Below the pieces are notes generated by a model. It made no database searches. It was not told the DNA's origin and worked only from the letters and a program-made list of their open reading frames with translations. The position numbers and the translations under genes are program-made. A stretch of DNA of 57,145 bases, the filler included, from Sphacelaria rigidula (lineage: Eukaryota): assembly GCA_964200075.2 (NCBI GenBank). It is 2 parts of 2 records of this genome, joined end to end, with 100 filler letters (N's around TTAATTAATTAA, not from the genome) between each part and the next. Parts side by side here need not be neighbours in the genome. Positions count along the whole stretch, not along the records: positions 28,705 to 57,145 come from CAXNAA020000098.1; 1 more part is not named here. One strand, given 5' to 3'. Below, piece by piece: positions 48,801-57,145 of the stretch (its first letter is position 1; the number at the start of each line of letters is the position of its first letter).

Positions 48801-48909
48801 GGCCCTAGCACATCTCCAGAGAACAGCATGCCCCAGAGGATCAAAGGTGGAAGTAAAGCAAAAGCATCCACCGGCGTGTTTCCCTTCATCGCTTTGAGTC
48901 CGGCAATAG
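33895..48909 (+). CDS. Glycoside hydrolase family 95 (alpha-L-fucosidase-type) with predicted N-terminal membrane anchor and long stem; first 14 exons (~947 aa), 3' exons not found in the window
   Basis: Exons 33895-34044, 34813-35220, 35609-35951 (these three less certain), 36384-36493, 37412-37494, 38845-39080, 39519-39663, 40384-40675, 41830-42308, 43105-43222, 44394-44497, 46282-46428, 46696-46790, 48778-48909; phases join. GH95 motifs: LWDNQPGYDWTTAYMLGNGHLGA, REAFAS, YGRYLLLSGSR, NLQGLW, WKGDYHLNINLQMAYW, GWVAHGNSDRW, GAWMSLHLWEMYEYT, TGPSTSPEN. Confidence 0.92.
34256..34536. mobile_element. MITE (281 bp) with ~30-bp TIRs and apparent 4-bp TSD
   Basis: TIR AACAA(T/C)GTTTTCGTGAGATTGAGAGTA(A/G)AA; TACT on both sides (34252-34255, 34537-34540). 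Confidence 0.7.
42860..42965 (+). repeat. Short imperfect direct duplication (period ~67 bp)
   Basis: ccaaactgcacaagtgatatacta...aaaaaatcgc at 42860 and 42927. Confidence 0.85.
45504..45895. mobile_element. Inverted-repeat element built of CCATCTG/CAGATGG subrepeats; related fragments at ~14210-14390, 33495-33630 and 45245-45305
   Basis: ~29-bp TIR ATG(C/T)CG(A/T)ATCCATCTGGGATATCCATCTG; left half has tandem (G)GATATCCATCTG units, right half the reverse complement, switching near 45650. No clear TSD. Confidence 0.65.
48091..48740. repeat. Degenerate non-autonomous DNA element rich in GGGAC/GTCCC subrepeats
   Basis: Clusters of gacgggacggga and cccgtcccgt; possible decayed termini cagaacttttgacggg / cgtgaaaagccg. 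Confidence 0.45.
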
Positions 48910-49354
48910 GTGAGAAAGAGCCCACCGCGGGAAAGACAGGATACACCCTGATTGTGACCATCATTATGACACGACATAAGTACTGCCCAAACGTGCATTA
49001 GCTCGTGGCCAAGTGGTTTCGCAAATTTGAGATTTTTTAACTCCGCCCTCTACCCCTGCACCGTCTCAAAAGGAATGCGTGATCAATGATCAAACAACCA
49101 AGGCAGGCAACAATTGACCCCCCCCCCGCGCGCGCGTGCGCCCTTTATCCCCCTGCCCTCGCAGGGAAAAGTTGGGTTTTTGAGCACCCAAAAGTTGAAA
49201 AATAGTAAGGTCTCTGGCACCGCAGTCGTGTGTGTCCTGGTTGGCCTTGTAATGCGTGAGAAGACCGCGTACCTAGAGGACCGCGCCGTTGTTCAAAATA
49301 CCTCAGGATCGACGTTTTCAAAACCAATCGGGCCAGTCCCTGCAGGTATCACGC

Positions 49355-49388
49355 CCCTCACCCTAACCCTGACCCTAACCCTAACCCT
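49355..49388 (+). repeat. Interstitial telomere-like repeat (CCCTAA)n, ~5.5 units
   Basis: ccctca ccctaa ccctga ccctaa ccctaa ccct, directly abutting the 5' LTR homology. Confidence 0.85.
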
Positions 49389-49920
49389 TCTGGAAACACT
49401 TCCAGAACGTTCTCCGTAGATCTAGATGATTCTGGATTCTGTGTGTGGGGGGAAGTGTTGGAATATTCAATGTCAGTTATTGGTAACGACTACTATCTAT
49501 CGTAAGTTATCGTTAACAAGTAATATATCATTTGAGTATTCCAGAAATAGTCTGCAGTATATTCTGCGGTACATTATGTTTCCAGAACAATTTGTCGGGG
49601 GATTAATCGGGAGTTATCGGTTGTAATATCCCGCGAGTGTTCTAGACGTGTAGAAGTTCTAGAAATTCATTAGCTGATCGGTAGGCTCGCACACTTGGTG
49701 CTCGCCCACCTGATCACTCCTCTACTACTTGTCTTCTTCATCACCATCAGCGAAAACTTGACTTCGGGAGTCAGTCGAAAATAAACATCTCTATTTCTTC
49801 AGTCAAATTCTCTGACGGATCAAACCGTGGCCCGAGTGTAATCCTCCACGGTAGGCTACTCTGTCTACAAAGCACACGCAGCACAGCACCGCTGCAGCTG
49901 CAGGACGCTTTACACTCTCA
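49387..49920 (+). repeat. 5' LTR (apparently 5'-truncated)
   Basis: Direct repeat of 55830-56356; ends in CA just before the PBS; homology starts abruptly at the CCCTAA tract; AATAAA at 49780. Confidence 0.9.
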
Positions 49921-49931
49921 GGTTATGAGCC
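49921..49931 (+). promoter_or_regulatory. Primer-binding site complementary to the anticodon arm of initiator tRNA-Met (half-tRNA priming type)
   Basis: GGTTATGAGCC directly after the LTR; its reverse complement GGCTCATAACC matches the tRNAiMet anticodon stem-loop; no TGG 3'-end-type PBS. Confidence 0.85.
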
Positions 49932-50294
49932 TCGCTTAAACGTGTACACCACGAGCTGCGGACATCACGGGGAGGTCAAGACAAGCCTTCTCGCTGCATA
50001 TCAAAATTGGTCTGTGGACACGAGAAATTTGGTCTCGAAAATCTTCGGAGATTGCGGCGATGTCAGCGATCAACGGCAACAAAAGTAAGCGCCCAAATTT
50101 GGTCATCTATATCAGGGTGCTGGGAATTCACCTTTGGTATAGACACATCATCACTACTGCGGCAGTACTGGGTGCATCTGTGGTGAGCCATCAGCAAGTT
50201 TGCGTCGCGTGGGAAAGCCTCGAGTTTCTTCCACTTCGAGCAAGTTCTTTTGCGGCAGAAGGAAACACAACTATTGGTGTATCTACACAGCAGT

Positions 50295-50512
50295 GGAAAA
50301 GACGATCAAAACCCGGAGTCCTCTACATCGTTAGCAGGAGCGGGATCAGGAAAGACGACCAATAACCGGAGTCCTCTACATCGTTAGCAGGAGCGGGATC
50401 GGGAAAAGACGACCAACAACCGGAGTCCTCTACATCGTTAGCAGGAGCGGGATCGGGAAGACGACCTACAACCGGAGTCCTCTTTATCACTAGCAGGAGC
50501 GGGTTCGGGAAG
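50295..50512 (+). repeat. ~53-bp tandem repeat (~4 copies) in the retrotransposon leader
   Basis: ccggagtcctctacatcgttagcaggagcgggatc(a/g)ggaaagacgacc at 50313, 50366, 50420 and a diverged copy at 50472. Confidence 0.9.
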
Positions 50513-50619
50513 CCTCGGGTACATACTTTACCGCGAGCAATCACACTCCTGCGGCAGGAGTTAGATCTACACAGCAAAACAGGAGACGAAGATCGCAAAG
50601 TCTTCGCTGGAAGCGAACA

Positions 50620-53600
50620 ATGACTGAGGCTTCAAGAAATTTCGGAGGCGGCATAGCTGTCGGAGCCGATAGCTCCACCAACCTGGGCAACGTCATCAGA
50701 GGGCTCAAGAACTTCGACGGAAAGGATCCGGCTGAATTCAAGGACTGGATGAAGAAGCTGTGCGTTGTCTTGGGAGTAACACGGAGGGACATTCTGCCAC
50801 TCCTCAAGGACGAAAGGAAGCCAGATCCAAGTGACACCGAAGCTGTTGAGGCATACACAAGGTCGAGCAAAGATCTCTACAACATCCTGCTTCTACTCGT
50901 CGAACTACCGGCCGTCTTGTCGGTACACAAGCATGAAGATAACAGCGGGATCAGCGGCGACGGACAAGCAGCTTTCAAAGAGCTCTGCAGCAACTACAAC
51001 AGAGTGACCGACGAGGTGATTCGAGCAAAGATGTCGGAGCTGGAGAACTCCCCTATGAACACTGGTGAGAACCCGGATGACTGACTACTTCAACCAGAAA
51101 CATCTTCGCGCACAGATCGAGAAAATGGGGGAAACTATCTCCGATCGTCGATTCAAGGACATCTGCGTACAAGACTTCTCCGACGAGTACAACGACGTCA
51201 AGATGATGGTGTTTCGCGACCCCACGTTCGATGTGCTACAAATGCAATCGACATTGCGCAACATTTTTATGGACGCGCAATCACGCAAAGGCTCGAACGG
51301 GCGAATTACCGGTCGAGGATTTGCAATGACTACTGCGGTGTCTGAAGTGGTCTGTCACGACTGCAACGAAACCGGGCACATCAGGAGGAACTATCCAAGG
51401 TTCAAGCCCAAAGGGAAGAAGAAAACGAAGCCCGCTGGAGCTACAAAATGGTGCGCCATCCACAACACCACGACTCACTCGGACGAAGAACCCTACAAGC
51501 AAGGAGTAAAGCGACCCGAAGAGACGAAGGAAGCAAGCAAGGCATTCTCGGCATGCTCGCACTGCGCTCACTGCGCATCATTTTTGACAAGCAACGAAAA
51601 GAGCAACGAGAAGGCAGCTATCGACTTCACCTGCGAAGAGGACGACTTCGACGGCGGCTTCATGTTCGCTACGTGCTCTCCGAATAGAGGATGGAACTTC
51701 ACAGCGAGCGCCACAAGAACGCCATTTCTGGTAGACTCGGGCGCATCAGAGACCGTGTTCGATGACAGACTCATCTCGAGGAGACACATCCGCGATTACG
51801 AGGAGCGCTCCACGCCGAAAATGATCGAAGTAGCGGGTCAGGGTCAACTGAAAGGACCGGCGACAGGGATCCTACACTGCACAGTCAAAGACGACAATGG
51901 GCATCAACAGCCAGTGCGAATACAGGGCCTCATCGTTCCAGGGGTGGGACGCAACATCTTCTCGCCCACATCGCTTCTGAAGAAGAGACTCAGATTCGTC
52001 GTCGAAGATGACACTCCACACCTCACAATGCATGGCGCAGTCGTACCTCTCACACAGGATCCGCGAGACCAAGGGATGTGCACACTAGACGTCGGCTTCG
52101 AGGAAAACATCACACCTGTGGCATCCATCTCCAAGCCACCGAGGAAGGAGGCCGGACCGAGCGCCTTCGGAAGACCCGAGACCACAACGCTGGTCAACAA
52201 ACCCAGTGCGGTGTGTTCTCTCGCGGTAAGCGCAGACATTTGGCACCGGAGACTTGGACACCTCAATCAGCGCAGCATGGACATCTTGCGCCGGCAAAAA
52301 GGCACCGGCGTCGAATACCAGGACAAACCATCACCCTGCGACGTATGCAAGATCGACAAGCACAAGCAAACTTCTCATCCGAAAAAGACCACTCGCGAGC
52401 TGTATCGACCAGGACAACTGGTATACATCGACAGCATGGGACCGATCCAGCCACCTGCGAGGTCGAAAGGAGGCAAATTCTCCTATGTGTGCAAGTTCAC
52501 CGATGGTTACTCAAGAATGAAGGAAGTATTCCTGCTCCGCCACAAGACGGAGACAACGGAAGCCCTTCACACCTACAACATGCAAGTGGCGGCTGCCGGG
52601 GGCTACCGCATTGTTATTATCCGATGCGACAAAGGAGGCGAGAATACCGGGGAGGAGTTCCGCACCTACTGCAAGGACTCTGGAATCAAGATCGAGTACG
52701 CCGCCACCAATACCCCTCAACAAATCGGTGTGTCAGAGAAAGACGGCCAGACCCTGACAGGGATCACAAGGTGTCTCTGACAAGATGGAGACTTTCCGCC
52801 GTTCATGTGGGGTGAACTGATGCTCACTGCCGCATATCTGGCCAACAGATCGCCGCACTCGGCGTTAGGAGGAGCTACGCCGTACTCGAGGATGTATAAC
52901 AAGACGCCCGACCTCTCACGACTTCGCGTTATCGGAGCCCGGGCATTTGTCCATCACGAGCGGTACAAGAAGAAGCTAGAAGACAGGGCTTTCGAGGGCA
53001 AACTCTGTGGATTCGGACTGGACAGCAAGACTTACCGTGTCTACAACCCATCCAACGGAACTGTGATCGAGAGCCGAAATGTGACTTTCATCGAAACACC
53101 GGCTCGGACCGTCCCCTACCAATTCTCCGATGAAGACCATGGCTACGAAAGTTATGTCCTGAGCTTCACTTCCTTGCTTGGGAACGACAGATCGACTGAT
53201 GACTTCAGTGGATCGCACGTTGACGAGTTGGACTTCCAGACCCAGAACGAGCTTCTTCGACAGGAAATCCGGAGCATGCAACGAGACAACATCACTCGGG
53301 AAGAGCTGCGCTTTGATGCAGCAAGCAATGCTGGATATGATGACCATCTCGCCTCCGACAGTGGCCGGAGTCCTTCCGATTCTCCATCTCCGGAACATGA
53401 ATCAACCACGCCGGGATCATCAACGACGCCGAACAACTCCGGAAACGCTACAACAGCTGGAGGGTCGCCGGGGCCATCGACTGCCCCGTCGGGCATGCAA
53501 CGCTTTGAGGTGACTCGCGCTGTCACACGCAGGAATCCGACTCATGACGATCCTGTCGACCTTGATCTTGTTCCAAGCTCTCTGGAAGTGAACATGAAAG

Positions 53601-55357
53601 ACAGTGGCCGCTCCCACTTGGCCGTCAGCCAGATCGATCCCACCCGCTTCACTTCTGCCCAGTTGGCGGAAATTGCCGAACAAGCACACCGCCCGCGCCC
53701 TGGGGACGTCGAGGATTTCGCCCATTTGAATTCTCGGACTTACGTGTACGCCACTAGCGGTACTCTGAAAGGGCTCTTGGAGGAGACAAAACAAGCAATC
53801 AAGATTCCCAGCACCTACGCCGAAGCCATGGACTCCCCTCAACATAAAGAATGGAAAGGCGCATGCGGGAAAGAAATGGACAGCCTACAGAAACACCACG
53901 TCTACAACCACGTTCCACTTAGTAGCGTGCCCAAGGGAGAAAAGATCCTTCCCACAAAGTTCGTCTTCAAGCAAAAGGTGGATGGTCACTTCAAAGCACG
54001 CTTGGTCGTCGGTGGACACCTACAAGAAGCAGGACATGACTACGGGAGGAGTTACGCGCCAGTATGTCGTCTTGGGAACATTCGTATGGTACTGGCCATA
54101 GCCTGCGACAAAGGATGGTCAGTTTATCAAATGGACGTGGTGGTGGCATTCCTGAGCGCTCACTGCGACAGAGACGTGCACGTCAAACCCGCCCCAGGCG
54201 ACAGGCTCAAGGACCCCGTGACAGGCGAGCCAGTAGTTTACAAGCTAGAGCGCAGCCTCTACAGGTTGTCACAGTCCCCGTCTTTGTGGAACGACACTCT
54301 GGACGAAGCACTCGTCGTGTCCGAATGGAAACGTACGCAGTCAGACCCCTGCGTATATGTCTACGGAAGCGGCGACACTCTGGTAATCCTCACCGTATAC
54401 ATCGACGACATCCTCACCACTGGAAAGGATCAGGACTTGGTCAAGAAGAAGAAGGAGGAACTCACGGATCGGTTCGAGATTACCGACATAGGAGAAGTCA
54501 AGGGCATTCTCGGCATCGAGGTCCAGAGGAACTACGAACGCGGGACGATGGCTATCTCGCAAGAGCACTACGTCGCCACGATTCTGGAACGATTTGGAAT
54601 GCAAGAGGCCAATCCGGTTAGCACGCCAAGATACGGAGGAGAGCTCTCCACGGATCAACCCCAAGATGAGCTTCTTGGAGCCGCAGACAAGAAATTGTAC
54701 CAGTCCATCACGGGGAGCCTGCTCTACCTTGTTCAATGCACAAGATACGACCTGTGTTATGCAGCTCACCAACTGACCAGAGCATGCAACAACCCAGCAC
54801 AGGTGCACCTGACTGCAGCCAAGCATGCGCTACGATACCTTCGCGGCGCCCCGGATCTTCCCATCGTCTACAAGCAGGGACAATTCCGACTCACGGCATT
54901 CACCAACCCATCCTTTGGAGCAAACCCAGACAACGGGAAATCCACTACAGGATACCTCTTCTTTCTGGGAGGGGGACTCATCAGCTTCGGGTCTAAGACT
55001 CAGTCTCTCACCGCGCAGAGCACAGTCGAAGCTGAGCTTCAAGCGCTTAGCTTTGGTGCCAAGGAAGCGGTGTATCTCTCGAACTTCATGAGGGAACTTG
55101 GATTCAAGACCTTCGGATCGGTGCCTATCAACAGCGACAGCACCGGAGCTTTAACTGTGGCAGGGAATGCTATGTTCAGCTCTCGTACCAAGCACATAGC
55201 ACTCCGCTACTTGTTCGTGAGGGAGCTCATCAAGCGGAACCAGATCAGACACCATCACCAGCCCAGCGAGAAACAGCTCGCTGACTTGGCAACAAAGCAT
55301 CTACCGAAGCACCGTTTCGCTTCAATTGTGAAACAGATCAAGGATTTCAGTTGTTGA
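50620..55357 (+). pseudogene. Copia gag-pol polyprotein, interrupted by one frameshift and one in-frame stop
   Basis: ORFs 50620-51084, 51065-52780 and 52805-55357. A 4-bp duplication (GACT GACT, ~51079-51086) causes the frameshift; TGA at 52778-52780 is in frame with both flanks. Motifs: degenerate zinc knuckle CHDCNETGHIRRNY, protease LVDSGAS, integrase WHRRLGH..CDVC, YIDSMGP, RCDKGGE, GVSEK; RT QMDVVVAFL and YIDD; RNaseH STVEAE, RTKHIALRY, LADLATK. Confidence 0.95.
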
Positions 55358-55829
55358 ATAAAGGACGTCAAACAGTCATGTAGACTTGGATAGGTGCAAA
55401 AGATCTGCACCGGATAAGTGTTTTTTTTTTTTCTCTCTAGTTGTGATACGTAGCCAACTAAGGGGTCGAGGAGGATGATGACTGGACGAGTCGTTATACC
55501 TGGTGTATTTTGTTTTCATGATCAGGGATCGGTCGTGTGTGGTAGAATACTTTTGATACGATACTAGCCAAGGGATCGAGGCAGTTGGCAAGCTTTGCGA
55601 TGCTCCCTCTATTATCTTGAACTAGTTGCCTGATCGAGGGATCGTGTCAGGGAAATGGTATGTACGAATGCAAGCAATCAGACACAGATTTACCTTTGTT
55701 GACGATTGCAGCAACTAGTCTCAGTCTGGGCAGTAACAGCAGTAGCAGTACAGGTGCAACCAAGAGAAGGATCTGACTAGTACACGGGTTGCTGTATCTC
55801 CGTAGAACTTGCTATAAGTATGCTGAGTT

Positions 55830-56356
55830 CTTCTTGACACACTTCCAGAACGTTCTTCGTAGATCTAGATGATTCTGGATTCTGTGTATGTGGGGAAGTG
55901 TTGGAATATTCAATGTCAGCCATTGGTAACGACTACTATCTATCGTAGGTTATCGTAAACAAGTAAGAAAGAATTTGAGTGTTCCAGAAATAGTCTACGG
56001 TACATTATGTATCCAGAACAAGTTGTCGGGGGATTCATCGGGAGTTACCGGTTGTAATATCCCGCGAGTGTTCTAGACGTGTGGAAGTTCTGGAAGTTCA
56101 TTAGCTGATCGGTAGGCTCGCACACTTGGTGCTCGCCCACCTGATCACTCCTCTACTGCTTCTCTTCTTCATCACCATGAGTCAAAACGTGACTTCGGGA
56201 GTCAGTCAATAATAAACATCTTTATTTCTTCTGTCAAATTCTCTGACGGATCAGACCGTTGCCCGAGTGTAATCCTCCGCGGTAGACTACTCACTCTACA
56301 AAGCACACGCAGCACAGCACAGCACCGCTGCAGCTGCAAGACGCTTTACACTCTCA
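55830..56356 (+). repeat. 3' LTR (part homologous to the 5' LTR; the true start is probably further upstream, possibly TG at 55645 after a purine-rich tract)
   Basis: Direct repeat of 49387-49920, ending in TACACTCTCA; AATAAA at 56211. Confidence 0.9.
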
Positions 56357-57145
56357 GCCTCTGCTCGTAACATATTGATTTTATGATGGAACATTATGTG
56401 CACGGAGTCTCGAGATAAATAACGAATTGGGTGGGAAGTGAGGGTACGTATCGTTTCCCCGTGCTTCAGGGAATGTCCACATCAAATATCGTCATCATGC
56501 GCTCCATATATTGTTCGGGGTTCCATCTAGATTTCAGTATGGACGATATCTCCGTACGGAGTGAGAATTACTAGACATGGGGTTCAATCAACGGAAAAAA
56601 ATCGGTCCAGACTTGTAAGCAGATGTGCACCTTCCCCTTGATTAGGCGATAGATACGATATGCGGATCACGGCCCAACTCGTCTGTGTCGACGAGATATT
56701 GAGAGCTTAAACCTGTTTCTAGGCTGGACCAGCCGGTATACCCCACCTACCCGACCTGTCTTTGCAAGATTGCACCACACCACATTTAGGCCAGTCGCAA
56801 ACGACACTGTAAGTAGGCGTGACGCTTTCGAGAGGTGTGCATTGAAGTGCCGACACCGATGACTAGACACTCAGCCAATGAACCGGCCACGCTACACGAG
56901 GCAGACAGCAGACATTCCACTTCGTACTTTGCTTTTACGGCAAAACACGTGTAAACCACTACCGCCACAAAGCCAGCCGCCCATCTCATTCAGCAATCCG
57001 AGTCCCTCAGATCTTCGACCCCTGCCCTACATCGGATCGAGGCCGTGGTCTCAAGGGACTATCCCCCCCCCCCCCCCCCCCCCCCCCCCCGCTCAGGCGA
57101 GACGCGCGCCCGCCCCCCACCCGGCCGGGAGGGTGGTGGCGATGG

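Larger units (their letters stand above)
49387..56356 (+). mobile_element. Ty1/copia LTR retrotransposon, near full length, inactivated, in a GH95 intron
   Basis: Two LTRs ending in ...TACACTCTCA, a PBS, and gag-protease-integrase-RT-RNaseH order typical of Ty1/copia. Confidence 0.97.

Noticed and set aside
13319-48909. Fucose-metabolism gene cluster (GT-like relic plus GH95)
   Set aside because: The two loci are on opposite sides of an artificial scaffold join, and the GT call is weak.
50295-50512. Regularly spaced repeats resembling CRISPR
   Set aside because: Contiguous tandem units without unique spacers, inside a retrotransposon leader.
51079-52780. Programmed frameshift or stop read-through in the copia element
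   Set aside because: The shift is a 4-bp duplication within gag and the TGA falls inside the integrase core; both look like inactivating mutations.
52078-55091. Long alternative-frame ORFs (52078-52815, 54064-54621 and others)
   Set aside because: Overlap pol and are explained by codon bias.

Overview
Eukaryotic, intron-rich, repeat-rich DNA, most likely from a brown alga (Phaeophyceae). That assignment is an inference from gene architecture, a stramenopile-type targeting peptide and CCCTAA/TTAGGG repeats. Most ORFs in the supplied track are spurious; the real genes are spliced and were reconstructed by hand from splice sites, phase continuity and protein motifs. (1) A complete 7-exon patatin-like phospholipase gene (+, 1247-10464). 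(2) A possible degraded minus-strand glycosyltransferase-like gene (~11750-14620). (3) The first 12 exons of BTAF1/MOT1 (+, 15155-28455), cut off by an artificial 100-bp scaffold linker (28605-28704). (4) The first 14 exons of a GH95 alpha-L-fucosidase-family gene with a predicted type II membrane anchor (+, 33895-48909). (5) A degenerate Ty1/copia LTR retrotransposon (49387-56356) in the next GH95 intron, with a half-tRNA(iMet)-type PBS and a 5' LTR truncated at a telomere-like repeat. The introns hold many non-autonomous elements (Tc1/mariner-, piggyBac- and hAT/P-like MITEs, long foldbacks, SINE/LINE ends). The most unusual observations are a pair of tRNA-like elements whose anticodon arm is replaced by a ~45-bp covarying hairpin (8687-9255), four GC-AG introns (three in the GH95 gene), the membrane-anchored GH95, and the telomere-repeat/LTR junction.
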